From: Bacteroidales bacterium
Lineage (GTDB): Bacteria; Bacteroidota; Bacteroidia; Bacteroidales; JAQXIO01
DNA: 64,000 nt
Assembly (NCBI GenBank): GCA_029007825.1
Contig: JAQXIO010000027.1
Coordinates: 16,434-80,433 of the forward strand
Direction: 5' to 3'
Shown here: positions 50,086 through 61,400 of the stretch, piece after piece
How the letters are laid out: every line of letters starts with the position of its first letter
Numbering within the stretch: position 1 is the first letter of the stretch
Program-made: the position numbers and the translations under genes
Notes under the pieces: model-generated
Databases searched by the model: none
The model's input: only the letters and a program-made list of their open reading frames with translations
What the model was told of the DNA's origin: nothing

Positions 50086-50826
50086 ATGGAGTCATTGGAA
50101 AATAGAAAAACTATCCGGAAATATAAACCGGAAAAAATTGATGAGTCGTTACTGGCTGAGATGATAGCACTGGCTTCCCGAACTTCTACTACCGGAAATA
50201 TGCAGCTTTACAGTGTAGTTGTATCTACAGACGAGGCTGATAAAAAGGCATTGGCTCCTTTTCATTTTAATCAGTCTTCCGTAACATCAGCGCCCGCAGT
50301 TCTTACTATTTGTGCCGATTTTAACCGGTTTGTCAAATGGTGTGAAAACAGGGAGGCAGTGCCCGGATACAATAATTTTATTTCTTTTGTTACAGCGGCT
50401 ATAGATGCTCTTATTTTTGCCCAGACTTTTTCGATGGTGGCGGAAGAGAGAGGACTTGGAATCTGTTATTTGGGTACGACGACCTATAATGCTCAGGAAA
50501 TAATCGATTTTTTAAAATTACCGAAGTTGGTGATTCCTATAACGACGCTGACACTGGGTTATCCGGCCGAGCAACCTTCTTTAACCGATCGTTTGCCTGT
50601 CGGAGCTATTTTACATAAAGGATATTATCATGATTATACTGCTGCCGATATTGATGCCTTTTATCGTATGAAGGAGAATCTGGAAGAAAATAAACAATTT
50701 ATAGAGGAAAACGGAAAAAATACCCTCGCTCAGGTTTTTACGGATGTACGTTATAAAAAGAATGATAATGAATTTTTCAGCGAACGTTTTCTGGAGGTAC
50801 TTCGGAAGCAGGGTTTTATGAAATAG
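50086..50826 (+). CDS. Nitroreductase family NADPH-flavin oxidoreductase (NfsA-like)
   Basis: RKTIRKY, STTGNMQLYS and GLGICYLG motifs; TATGTTTG promoter element at 50062 supports ATG 50086. Confidence 0.88.
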   Translation: MESLENRKTIRKYKPEKIDESLLAEMIALASRTSTTGNMQLYSVVVSTDEADKKALAPFHFNQSSVTSAPAVLTICADFNRFVKWCENREAVPGYNNFISFVTAAIDALIFAQTFSMVAEERGLGICYLGTTTYNAQEIIDFLKLPKLVIPITTLTLGYPAEQPSLTDRLPVGAILHKGYYHDYTAADIDAFYRMKENLEENKQFIEENGKNTLAQVFTDVRYKKNDNEFFSERFLEVLRKQGFMK

Positions 50827-50843
50827 CTTAGAAAAGATTTTTT

Positions 50844-52259
50844 CTAAACCATTTCATATGTAAGTTTTTTTTCTATTTCGTCGACGGTCGAACGGAAAGA
50901 TTTATCTATTTCAATCTGGTCACGTACGGTCCGGCAGGCATGAAGAACCGTAGCATGGTCACGTTTCCCGATAATCGTTCCTATATGAGCCAATGATTTA
51001 TCTGTGAGTTTCTTTGACAGAAACATGGCGATTTGTCTTGCCTGACATACTTCCCTGGTTCTTTTTCCCGATTGAATTAGAGCTTCCTCCAAATCGAAGT
51101 GCCTGCAAACGACTTCTTTTATTTTTTCGACACTCAATAAAGCAGGTTCTTTTATGCGAACCGATTGAGCTACGATTTTTTTTGCAAGGTCCAGATCTAT
51201 TTCTTTGTTGTTAAGCAGTGAATGTGCCATTAGGGAAACGACAATACCTTCCAGATCACGAACATTATCTTTTACGTTGGTTGCAATAAAATCAATAACT
51301 TCAGGAGCAATCGTCAGACCATCCGATTTTATTTTTGCAGCCAGAATATTTCTTCTGAGTTCAATGTCCGGCATTTCAAGGTCTGCCGTCAAACCCCATT
51401 TCATTCGTGTGATAAGGCGGTCTTCCAGACCTTCTAATTCCACAGGCGCTTTGTCGGAAGTCAGGATTAGCTGCTTGCCTATTTGATGCAAATGGTTGAA
51501 AATATGGAAGAAGGCATTTTGCGTTTTTTCTTTTCCTATCAGTTCTTGTATATCATCGATAATTAACGTATCAATACTTTGATAAAAATTGATAAAATCG
51601 TTACGTGAATTATTTTTTGTCGCATCGGCATATTGTACCTGAAAAAGATGGGCAGAAACATATAATACGCGTTTTTGCGGGTATTTTTCTTTGATCCTGA
51701 TACCTATGGCATGGCAGAGATGCGTTTTTCCTACTCCGGATGCTCCATGTATAAATAAAGGGTTGAATGCTGTCTTCCCAGGATTCTCGGCTACAGCCAT
51801 TCCTGCAGTCCTGGCGAGTTTATTAGATTTACCCTCCAGGTAATTATCGAATGTGTATTTCGGATTAAGCTGAGAGTCTAAATCCTGCGAAGCCACTGCA
51901 TTATCAAAAGGATTGGGTGACTTATTCGCATTTGAAGGTGTTATTCTTTTAATAGCAGAGTGTACACCTTCGGTCGGATAATCGACGGTCGTGTTATTTT
52001 CTTTTTCTATTAATACACGGTAATTCAGTATCGTACCTGCTCCGATAACCCTGTAAATGGTTTTTCGCAGAAGATCGATGTATTTGTCTTCCAGATATTC
52101 ATAAAAGAATTGGCTGGGAACTTGTATCGTCAAACTATTCTCTCCGTACTTTAATGGTATTATCGGTTGGAACCAAGTCTGAAATGCCTGTTCGGAAACA
52201 TTATCTTTTATTATGGCAAGGCATTTGTTCCAAAGGAGAATATGTTCATCATTTGTCAT
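50844..52259 (-). CDS. dnaA: Chromosomal replication initiator DnaA
   Basis: [33 protein letters not shown] and RDHATVLHA motifs; start at ATG 52259. Confidence 0.98.
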   Translation of the reverse strand: MTNDEHILLWNKCLAIIKDNVSEQAFQTWFQPIIPLKYGENSLTIQVPSQFFYEYLEDKYIDLLRKTIYRVIGAGTILNYRVLIEKENNTTVDYPTEGVHSAIKRITPSNANKSPNPFDNAVASQDLDSQLNPKYTFDNYLEGKSNKLARTAGMAVAENPGKTAFNPLFIHGASGVGKTHLCHAIGIRIKEKYPQKRVLYVSAHLFQVQYADATKNNSRNDFINFYQSIDTLIIDDIQELIGKEKTQNAFFHIFNHLHQIGKQLILTSDKAPVELEGLEDRLITRMKWGLTADLEMPDIELRRNILAAKIKSDGLTIAPEVIDFIATNVKDNVRDLEGIVVSLMAHSLLNNKEIDLDLAKKIVAQSVRIKEPALLSVEKIKEVVCRHFDLEEALIQSGKRTREVCQARQIAMFLSKKLTDKSLAHIGTIIGKRDHATVLHACRTVRDQIEIDKSFRSTVDEIEKKLTYEMV

Positions 52260-52466
52260 AGGTGTATCTCGATTTTTCAATTACAAATATCACGAATAAT
52301 ATATGAAAAATAAAATTGTTGATATCTTGACTTTTTATGTGAAAGCTCTATCCCTTTTATTCTCAGTTGATTACTTGAAACGCTTATAGATGGCAACTTT
52401 TTAGCATATTGCTTTATTGTAATTCTTTGTAATATAGGTTATTGTACTTTATTTTGGTATGTATGT

Positions 52467-52510
52467 AAAAAAATGAAAGAATATCTTTTTTATCGATATC
52501 CCTTCATTTT
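52467..52510 (-). terminator. Probable terminator of mgsA-amidase-mlaD, upstream of dnaA
   Basis: Minus strand AAAATGAAGGGATATC...GATATTCTTTCATTTT (two G-U pairs) plus a U-run. Confidence 0.55.
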
Positions 52511-52550
52511 CGGAATAATACAAAGCTGTTACAATATTATTTCACTCTTG

Positions 52551-52601
52551 TCTAATTTATCAATATTCTAAATTGTTTATTTAGAATATTGATAAATTAG
52601 A
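52551..52601. repeat. Perfect 23-bp AT-rich inverted repeat
   Basis: TCTAATTTATCAATATTCTAAAT-TGTTT-ATTTAGAATATTGATAAATTAGA, overlapping the mlaD stop codon. Confidence 0.85.
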
Positions 52602-53481
52602 AGACGGAGAAGTGTACGTATCGTTTCGGATTTTGTTTCAGATCGATCAATAATTTGTTGGCATTCGAAACTGTGGAATCCAAATTCTCATATAGCGATT
52701 TATCGTTTAACAACAATCCGATTGTATTGTCTTTCTGATTGAACTTATACGTAAGCATTTTGAGGTTGCTGAGAGTTCCGTTTATAGTGTCGATTGTTGC
52801 GACAAGATTGATTTCTTTCAGCTGATTGGTCGTTACCTCAATGTTTTCGGTAATCGTATTTATATTGGCTAATATCTGCGGAACGTCTTTTGACATCATC
52901 CGATTTAGTTGTATCGTGGATTTTTCCAGATTGCTCGCCGTTTTTTCGATATGGGAAAGGGAACTGTTGAGCGCCGGATGATTTACCAAAACGTTCAGTC
53001 CGGTAAGGATGGAATCTATTTTAGGAAGCAATGCCACCACATCGGGCAATATTTTTTGATCGATTTGCTGCATCATATCGGTTTTTCTTACTCCCTGTAT
53101 GGTATCACCCGGTGACAGGTAGTCATCGGTAAATTTGTTTAATTGCAAATGCAGGCTGCCACCGCTGAGGAAAGATTCTACTAATTCAGCGTAACTATCT
53201 TTAGGTAGACGCATTTTTTTGTCTAATTCGACTTTAACGAATATGTCGGCATTAAAATCATCGTAATTGTAATCGATTTCCCTGACAAGGCCTATACGGA
53301 AGCCTTCTATATAGATAGGGGACGAGACTTCTATGCTTGCTACGTCTTTCAGTTGTACATAATAATAGTTTGTTGGCTTAAAGAGATTTATTCCTTTTAG
53401 GTAGTTTAATCCGAAATATAATAATCCGAAACTAATTAGTGTAACAATACCTATCATAGTTTCTTTAGAGAAATTCTTCAT
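52597..53481 (-). CDS. MCE/MlaD family protein
   Basis: N-terminal TM, MCE domain (SPIYIEGFRIGLV), coiled coil and C-terminal DLKQNPKRYVHFSVF. Confidence 0.88.
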   Translation of the reverse strand: MKNFSKETMIGIVTLISFGLLYFGLNYLKGINLFKPTNYYYVQLKDVASIEVSSPIYIEGFRIGLVREIDYNYDDFNADIFVKVELDKKMRLPKDSYAELVESFLSGGSLHLQLNKFTDDYLSPGDTIQGVRKTDMMQQIDQKILPDVVALLPKIDSILTGLNVLVNHPALNSSLSHIEKTASNLEKSTIQLNRMMSKDVPQILANINTITENIEVTTNQLKEINLVATIDTINGTLSNLKMLTYKFNQKDNTIGLLLNDKSLYENLDSTVSNANKLLIDLKQNPKRYVHFSVF

Positions 53482-53521
53482 AGTATATCTATTGTATTAT
53501 ATTATGCATTATTATGATTGA

Positions 53522-54634
53522 TCAATTTTGTTTTTCCCCGTTTACAAAACGTATGACAAAGGCATCTTTGAAATCGGGAAGAATTTTTTTTCTAAGCCTG
53601 CTTATTTCCTGAAAATCGGAACTTTCCCCTATCGTATATTTGTACAATCCTTTCTCATTATAAAAAGAGATGTTTTTATGTCCTTTAAAACGTCGGTCAT
53701 TGGAGGAAAGTTTTTTATCAGAGGTGAGTATCTGTATTTTATAAATCGTTTTATCCGTTCCTGTTTTTTTGTTTTCCGTAACGGTGTTTTTTCCCTTATT
53801 TATTAAAATTTCTTCAGTTGGAGTTTTGGATTCCGATGATACTGAAACTCCGTTTCTTTTATCGTAACTCCGTTTCAGCGATCTGAAAGCTTTATATATG
53901 GAATTCGCCAGAGTTTGCTGTCCGTTTGCAGATGCAAGATACTTTTCTTCTTCCGTATTAGATATATATCCGAGTTCGACCAACACGCTGGGCATGCTTG
54001 TTTTTCTTAATACCAGGAATCCGGCCTGCCGTACCCCCCTGTCCGTACGTTTAGCGGTATTGCAGAACTCTTTCTGGATGCCTGATGCCAAATCGATACT
54101 TTGTTCGAGATGTTTGTTATGAATAAATTCGAAGATAATATAAGATTCGGTAGAATTCGGATCGAAGCCTTCGTATTTTTCCTGATAATTATCTTCCAGA
54201 AGGATTGCCGAGTTTTCACGTTTGGCAACTTCTAAGTTTTCTTCGCTTCTGGCTAGTCCTAAGGTATATGTTTCCGTTCCGCGTGCTGATCTTGTCCGGG
54301 CAGCATTGGTATGTATGGATATGAACAGGTCTGCTTTTGCCCTGTTGGCAATAGCGGCTCTCTCGTCCAGTTCTACAAAAACATCATTTTTACGGGTATA
54401 AACCACACGAGTGTCGGAATGGTTTGCACTGATGAGCGCACCTAATTTGAGAGCAACGGCAAGATTTATCGTTTTTTCTTTAATGACTTTTCCGATTGCT
54501 CCGGGGTCTTTACCTCCGTGTCCGGCATCGATAACGACAACAAACGGTTTCTCTGCGGCATTCAGCAGAGTGCCGGATAAAAGAAGGAATATTCCTGCAA
54601 TAAAAAGTTGCAGAAGGTAATTTTTGTTTTCCAT
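53522..54634 (-). CDS. N-acetylmuramoyl-L-alanine amidase (Amidase_3)
   Basis: VVIDAGHGGKDPGA, FISIHTNA and PSVLVELGY motifs; signal peptide from ATG 54634. Confidence 0.93.
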   Translation of the reverse strand: MENKNYLLQLFIAGIFLLLSGTLLNAAEKPFVVVIDAGHGGKDPGAIGKVIKEKTINLAVALKLGALISANHSDTRVVYTRKNDVFVELDERAAIANRAKADLFISIHTNAARTRSARGTETYTLGLARSEENLEVAKRENSAILLEDNYQEKYEGFDPNSTESYIIFEFIHNKHLEQSIDLASGIQKEFCNTAKRTDRGVRQAGFLVLRKTSMPSVLVELGYISNTEEEKYLASANGQQTLANSIYKAFRSLKRSYDKRNGVSVSSESKTPTEEILINKGKNTVTENKKTGTDKTIYKIQILTSDKKLSSNDRRFKGHKNISFYNEKGLYKYTIGESSDFQEISRLRKKILPDFKDAFVIRFVNGEKQN

Positions 54635-54650
54635 GCCGGCCGTTTTTTGC

Positions 54651-55031
54651 CTATTTAATAGGCTCTCCTCCAAAACCCTTAATGACAAGTGCTGCCGTTG
54701 CCGGGTTTGTTGCTAACGGAACGTTGTGAACGTCACATACACGCATTAGCATTTGTACATCCGGTTCGTGTGGATGTTTATCCAACGGATCGCGGAAAAA
54801 GAAAACCATTGCAATTTCACCTTGGGCAACCATTGCCGCAATTTGCGCATCTCCACCCAAGGGGCCGGATAACAATTTGTCAACTTTCAGTCCTGCGGCT
54901 TCCGCATGTTTTCCGGTAGTGCCGGTTGCCACAATACTAATGTTTTTTTTGTGTAAAAACTGAATGTGTTTGTTCAAAAAGGCAACCATTTCAGCCTTTT
55001 TCCCATCATGTGCAATAACGGCTAATTTCAT
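54651..55031 (-). CDS. mgsA: Methylglyoxal synthase
   Basis: IAHDGKK, ATGTTG, SGPLGGDAQI and HPHEPDV motifs; TACCTTTG promoter element at 55090-55097 (minus). Confidence 0.95.
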   Translation of the reverse strand: MKLAVIAHDGKKAEMVAFLNKHIQFLHKKNISIVATGTTGKHAEAAGLKVDKLLSGPLGGDAQIAAMVAQGEIAMVFFFRDPLDKHPHEPDVQMLMRVCDVHNVPLATNPATAALVIKGFGGEPIK

Positions 55032-55224
55032 AGGAAATCTGTATTCTTGTTAATTATATTCTGGTGATAGTATCACTCTTTCACCGGTACAAAGGTAGTT
55101 TTTTTTGTGATATTTACTATAATTATATTTAAGGTAAATCGCCTGAATGCAGTTTGTCTGTCCGATAGTAAGAGAGTGTAGCCGATTGATTGTATCTTTG
55201 TCATAAATATGAAGATTTGATTTT

Positions 55225-57096
55225 ATGGCGACCATTTTGCAAGTAGAACAATTAACAAAAAGTTTTGGAGATCTTATTCTTTTCGAGAATCTCAGTTTTG
55301 GTGTTTCTGAAGGTGAAAAGATCGGTTTGATAGCATCCAATGGTTCGGGTAAAACAACATTGCTGAATATTCTTGCGGGACGGGAAAGCTATGATTCCGG
55401 TAATATTGTTTTCCGGAATGGTGTCCGAGTCAGTTATTTACCTCAGGAGCCTTTTTTTTCGGATGGATTGACCGTTCTGGAGGCTTGTTTCAGTTCTTCG
55501 AACGAAACAGCCCGGTTAATAGCCCGTTATGAAGCTGCATTGTCTGCAAACGATATGGGCCATTTGGAGAATATTCTCTCGGAAATGGATCATTTTAAGG
55601 CATGGGATTATGAATTACGGATTAAACAAATCCTGTCACAACTTAAAATTGTAGATTTTGACCAGCCTATAGCAGAACTTTCGGGTGGTCAATTGAAGCG
55701 GGTTGCTCTGGCGAATGCTCTTATTTCCGAACCGGATTTGTTTATTCTGGATGAGCCTACGAATCATCTTGATCTGGAAATGGTGGAGTGGTTGGAAACT
55801 TATCTTAGCCGTTCGACGATGAGCGTACTAATGGTTACGCATGACCGTTATTTTCTGGACCGGGTATGTAATCAGATATTAGAAATCGATCAGAGGCAGC
55901 TTTACCGTTATAACGGTAGTTATAATTATTATCTGGAAAAACGGGATGAGCGGCTTAACTCGCAAAATGCCGAAGCTGATAAGGCGGCTAATCTTTTACG
56001 AAAAGAACTCGATTGGATGCGCCGTCAGCCTCAGGCCCGCGGACACAAGGCAAAATACCGTATCGATGCTTTTTACGAATTGGAAAAGAAGAGTAAACAG
56101 CAGCGTTCTCAGGATCAGATATCATTAGATATCAAGGCTTCCTATATCGGTTCAAAAATTTTTGAAGCAAAAGATGTTAGTAAGCGGTTTGGCGATCTGG
56201 TTATCCTCGATAATTTCAATTATACATTTTCCCGTTATGAAAAAATGGGCATTGTAGGAAATAATGGTGCGGGAAAATCTACTTTTATAAAATTATTACT
56301 CGGAATAGAGAAACCTGACGGCGGACATTTCGATGTGGGAGAGACCGTTCGTTTCGGATATTATAGTCAGGAGGGGCTTGCTTTCGATGAAAATAAGAAG
56401 GTGATCGATGTTGTCAGCGAAATAGCCGAGGTTATTCATTTTGATGATAATAACCGTTTGACGGCTTCGCAGCTTCTTACCCATTTTTTATTTCCTCCGT
56501 CCAAGCAACATAGTTTTGTCTATAAGTTGAGCGGAGGAGAGAAACGCCGGTTATATCTATGCACTGTTTTGATGAGAAATCCTAATTTTCTGGTTCTTGA
56601 CGAACCTACTAATGATTTGGATATTGTTACACTGAATGTGTTGGAGGAGTATCTTCAGAATTTTAAAGGTTGTCTTATCGTTGTTTCCCATGACCGTTAT
56701 TTTATGGATAAGATGGTAGATCATCTGCTTGTTTTTGAAGGAAACGGTGTATTAAAAGATTTTCCGGGTAATTATACTCTTTACCGAGCATGGAAAGAGC
56801 AGGAGGAGGAAGAAAGGAAAAGCCGGAATCCGGAACCGAAGAAAGAGAATGCTCTGAAAAAAGAGATACCGGTAAAAGACAAACGACGTCTTTCATACAA
56901 AGAACAGCGGGAATATGAAGTATTGGATAAGGAAATTCCCCGATTGGAAGCAGAGAAGGCATTACTGGAAGAGGAATTAAGCAGCGGCAATCTCTCCTCC
57001 GATGAACTTCTCGCAAAGTCACAGAGAATTAGCATTATTATAGACGAATTGGATGAAAAGAGCATGCGTTGGCTGGAATTAGGAGAGTTGATTTAA
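55225..57096 (+). CDS. ABC-F family ATPase (Uup-like)
   Basis: Two ABC cassettes (GSGKTT/LSGG/DEPTNHLD and GAGKST/LSGGE/DEPTND), no TM segments, C-terminal RWLEL coiled coil; TATCTTTG promoter element at 55193. Confidence 0.9.
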   Translation: MATILQVEQLTKSFGDLILFENLSFGVSEGEKIGLIASNGSGKTTLLNILAGRESYDSGNIVFRNGVRVSYLPQEPFFSDGLTVLEACFSSSNETARLIARYEAALSANDMGHLENILSEMDHFKAWDYELRIKQILSQLKIVDFDQPIAELSGGQLKRVALANALISEPDLFILDEPTNHLDLEMVEWLETYLSRSTMSVLMVTHDRYFLDRVCNQILEIDQRQLYRYNGSYNYYLEKRDERLNSQNAEADKAANLLRKELDWMRRQPQARGHKAKYRIDAFYELEKKSKQQRSQDQISLDIKASYIGSKIFEAKDVSKRFGDLVILDNFNYTFSRYEKMGIVGNNGAGKSTFIKLLLGIEKPDGGHFDVGETVRFGYYSQEGLAFDENKKVIDVVSEIAEVIHFDDNNRLTASQLLTHFLFPPSKQHSFVYKLSGGEKRRLYLCTVLMRNPNFLVLDEPTNDLDIVTLNVLEEYLQNFKGCLIVVSHDRYFMDKMVDHLLVFEGNGVLKDFPGNYTLYRAWKEQEEEERKSRNPEPKKENALKKEIPVKDKRRLSYKEQREYEVLDKEIPRLEAEKALLEEELSSGNLSSDELLAKSQRISIIIDELDEKSMRWLELGELI

Positions 57097-57105
57097 TGTG
57101 GGGCA

Positions 57106-58278
57106 ATGATGATCGAACGACTTTGGAATAAAAATTTTATACTGATTTTTTTCTCTAATTTATTGATGGCATTTTCTTTTAACCTGCTGATGCCTACAAT
57201 TCCTATTTATCTTACAGAGGTACTTCAGACTCCGGCGTCACAAGTCGGTATCGTATTGTCAAGCTACTCTCTTGCCGTTTTATTTATTCGTCCGTTTTCA
57301 GGATATTTTGTAGATACATTGCCTCGAAAGCCTCTTTATTTACTGGCATTTTCCGCTTTTTCACTTGTGTTTTTCGGGTATCTTTTTGCTGCCACGGTTG
57401 TATTGCTGGTTCTGGTTCGGTTCGTGCACGGCATAACATGGGGGTTGACAACTGTAACGGGTAATACGATTGCGATCGATGTTATTCCTTCTTCCCGGCG
57501 TGGAGAAGGGGTTGGTTATTTCGGACTTACGCTTAATATTGCAATGGCGATAGCTCCGATTGTCGGGACGATTTTATATGAACGCTGGGGTTTTGCCGCT
57601 TTAATTTATGGTTGTTTGTCGTCTTCTGCCTTAGGTGTTATCATTGCCTCCCGTATAAAGCCTGTTCCTCGTCCGGTTCGGGTGCATGTGCCTGTTTCTC
57701 TTGACCGTTTTATTTTGATAAAAGGTATTCCGGCAGGTATTTCATTTATTTTTTGTGCATTTCCTTATGGTATGCTGGTTTCATATGTCGTACTTTACGG
57801 AAAGGAAATTGCTATTTCTATGCCTACGCTTTTTTTCGTTTTCCTGGCTTTGGGTATAGGGACTTCTCGCCTGATATCCGGTCGTCTGGTCGATCGGGGA
57901 TATATGCATCCGCTTATCGGGGGGGCAATGATTGCCCTTGCTTTTTCGCTGGTTCTGCTTTCTACCGTTCATGAAGTAGTTGTTTTTGATTTGTCTGCTT
58001 ACCTAATAGGAATTGCCTACGGTACTATGGTTCCTGCTTTCCAATACCTTGTCGTGGCACTGGCTCCGGCTTCTATGCGTGGTACCGCAAATTCGACTTA
58101 TTTGGTCTCTTTTGATATAGGAGTCAGTTTAGGAATGCTTTTCGGCGGATTTATGGCGTCGGCATATTCTTTGTCTGCCGCTTATCTGCTTGGTGCTGCA
58201 TCCGTAGTTTTTTCATTTTTTCTGTATTGCTTTAAAGTCAGACCACATTTTAATCGTAATAAACTGAAGTTGGAGTAA
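57106..58278 (+). CDS. MFS transporter
   Basis: About 12 hydrophobic segments; RPFSGYFVD, RRGEGVGYFG and GRLVDRG motifs. Confidence 0.9.
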   Translation: MMIERLWNKNFILIFFSNLLMAFSFNLLMPTIPIYLTEVLQTPASQVGIVLSSYSLAVLFIRPFSGYFVDTLPRKPLYLLAFSAFSLVFFGYLFAATVVLLVLVRFVHGITWGLTTVTGNTIAIDVIPSSRRGEGVGYFGLTLNIAMAIAPIVGTILYERWGFAALIYGCLSSSALGVIIASRIKPVPRPVRVHVPVSLDRFILIKGIPAGISFIFCAFPYGMLVSYVVLYGKEIAISMPTLFFVFLALGIGTSRLISGRLVDRGYMHPLIGGAMIALAFSLVLLSTVHEVVVFDLSAYLIGIAYGTMVPAFQYLVVALAPASMRGTANSTYLVSFDIGVSLGMLFGGFMASAYSLSAAYLLGAASVVFSFFLYCFKVRPHFNRNKLKLE

Positions 58279-58472
58279 ATTTTTTGTCTTGTCAACCAGA
58301 TGGGTACATTTGTCCGGGTGATTTAATACGTAAAATTTTATAACTTAAAGGGTGTTTGTTTGGTTATATATATTAACAAATGTACTATTTGCTAACTATA
58401 TGCTGGTTTCATTTGTTTGAGTAAAAACAGTTATGTAAGTTTAAGATTTGTTATTCAGAAGTGCGATTTTTT

Positions 58473-61400
58473 ATGATAAGGAAAATAATAAAATATATCT
58501 CCCGATTTTTTTTATTTTTCCTGCTTGTATTATTAATACTGCCGGTTTTACTTTACATTCCGTCCGTCCAGAATTTTATCAAGAAGGAGGCCGCGGCGTA
58601 TGTTTCGAAGAATTTTAATATTACATTATCTATTAACCGGATCCGGCTTTCTTTTCCGTTAGATTTAGCTGTCGATAATACAACGGCTACTACTTTCAAT
58701 GGCGATACGTTGTTTCATTGCGGAACTTTAAAAGCCGATGTCGCATTATTGCCTCTTTTTAGAAAGGAAGTGGTGGTGAACCGCTTTACTTTTACCGAAA
58801 CTTCCCTTCATTATACCGATACTTTATCTCAGTTCGATTTAAAAGCGAATGTAGGCTCTTTTGCATTAAAAGCCGATAAAGTAGATCTCGCGAATGAGAT
58901 GGTTGATCTCTCTTTCGTGGAATTGAGTGACGGAAAGGTGGCATTGTCGATGGGAGAATCGCCAGCCGATACGACAGCTTCTGACACAGTCTCCGTAAGA
59001 TGGAAGATCAATGCGAAAAAACTGACACTTGACAATATTGATTTTGTGATGGATATGTATCCTCCTAAGAGCCATATTTCAGCTAAGCTTCAGAGGGGTA
59101 ATGTCAATAGTTGTTTAGTCGATATTGGGGGGCAGTCTGTTGCAGTGGACGAGGTTGTTCTTGATAAAGGAGAATATGTTTATTTATCGGACACGTCGAA
59201 GGTTGTATCGAAGACTGGAGTTTCCGATACTATTATAGTATCGGACAGTGTCATGCCATGGACTGTCGAAGTGGGAAAAATTGAGCTGCGGAACAATGCT
59301 ATTACATACGGTGCACTGGAAGGGAGTGCCGGACAAGGCCTGGATATAAATCATATAGCTTTGTCGGAAGTTAATTTATCGGTAGACTCGCTTTTTAATC
59401 GGGGTTCTGCTGTGAAAGTGAATATAAACGACCTGACATTTACGGAGCGTTGCGGCTTTCAGGTCGAAGCTCTCAGCGGTTGCTTCGAAATGGATACTTC
59501 GGTTATTCAATTGTCCGATTTCGTTATGAAATCGCCGTTGTCGGTTTTTCATGCCGATGTCAAGTTGGGGGGCGGTATTATGAAAATGTCTCCTACAGCT
59601 CCGGTACGTATGAAGCTGTCAGCGAATCTGGATCTTTCGGAACTTTTACTGTTGTATCCCATCGAGGATAAAGCTACACGCAAAGTATTGAAAGGACGTT
59701 CGCTCACTTTGACCGGTGATGTAAGCGGGGAGCTGGACAAAGTGAATATAAAGAAGATACAATTGTCTGTTCCTAAAAGCTTCAATATTTCCGTTGACGG
59801 ACGTTTACAGTCTATACTGCACCCTGAACTGCTGAACGGGGTTTGCCGTTTGAACGGACGCTTCGGTCAGATGAACGATTTGTTAACCTTGTTGCCCGAT
59901 TCGTTATTACAGAAAAGAGTACATATTCCTGATAATTTAGTTTTACGGTCCGAACTAAAGGCTGTTAAGGGGGTATTATTTCCCTCTTTAAATCTTATTG
60001 CCGACAGAGGTTCTCTAGATCTGAACGGCATGTATAATCAACGGTTGCAACAATATGAACTGGATCTTAAGAGTGATAGTCTTCCGCTTTATTCTTTTTT
60101 TCCGTCCGATTCGTTAGGTTTGCTGACAATGAGTATTCAGGCGAATGGAAAAGGTTTTGATTTTTATGATGAAAAAACACACGCAACCCTTTCTTTATTT
60201 ATAGACAGACTGGATTATAAAGGTCATGAGTATGAGGGTATATCTTTGAGTGGAGGGCTATCGGAGCATTTGTTAAAAGGGAAGATCGGAAGTGCCGACG
60301 AGGCATTGCAATTCGGTTTTGATATTAGCGGATATTTATCTTCTAAAGCTTCTACGGTTAAGGTGGGAGGAGAGATTAAAAATCTTGATCTGACCCAAAT
60401 GAATCTTTCCAAAGACAAATTCATAGCTTCTCTTTCCCTAGATGTTGCGGCATCTATGAAGGAGGACAGTTCTTTTACATTGAATCTGGCTGCCGATTCG
60501 ATTAAGTTGCTGAGTGGCTGGTTGAAAAATAATATCAACCGTACGACACTGGATATCTCGGGTGGAAGGGAATCGGTCGAACTCGCATTGCGGTCGGGTG
60601 ACATGTCTCTTAACTTCTCTTCATTCGTAGGACTCGATTCGTTAATGAATGGAATAACCAAAAGTTCGGAATTGATTTCTGCCCAAATGGAGAAGGGAGA
60701 TATAAATATGGAAGAAGTACAGTTATATCTCCCTCCATTTTCTTTAGACGTAGAGGCGGCGAAGAATAATATTGTAAATAATTTCCTGAAAATTCAGGGG
60801 GTAAAGTTCAATAATCTATCGATAGAATCTTCTTCGGTCAAGGACCGGCCGTTCAAAATACGAATGCTTATCAATAAGCTGTCTTCTCAGGGGATTATCC
60901 TCGATACCGTATTGATCGGTGCTCGCCAGCAAGAAAAGCAATTAGATTATTTTTTCCGGCTTGCAAATGCGGCAGGGAATATGGATAATATGGCTTTAAT
61001 GACACTTTACGGTAACGTTGCGGAGAATAAGTTGAAATTGAATTGTCGGCAGCGGGATAGAAACGGAAGACAGGGATTCAACTTCGGGTGTAATGTAACG
61101 CTGTTAGACAGTGCTGTTACTTTAAACTTGTTTCCGGAAAATCCGATTCTGGGATTTGATGAATGGTCTGTAAATAAAGATAACTTTTTTACTTATCAGT
61201 TTAACCGGGAATTATATGCCGATATACATCTGGCTAATAAAGAGCAGAGGGTAGTGGTTGAATCCGCTGTGATGCCTGATAGTGTAAAGGGAATCGTTCA
61301 TCTGGATATTGCAGGTATCGACATCGATACGACTCTAAGCGTTTTTCCGCTGGCGCCGCCTGTCGGAGGAATTTTTAATATGGATTTGTTGTTCGGTCTG

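Noticed and set aside
52260-52596. oriC upstream of dnaA
   Set aside because: AT-rich, but I found no perfect DnaA boxes or clear DnaA-trio run; Bacteroidales origins are often unlinked from dnaA. Needs whole-genome skew to settle.
55225-57096. ARE-type antibiotic-resistance ABC-F
   Set aside because: Has the Uup-like C-terminal coiled coil, with no leader peptide or mobile context.
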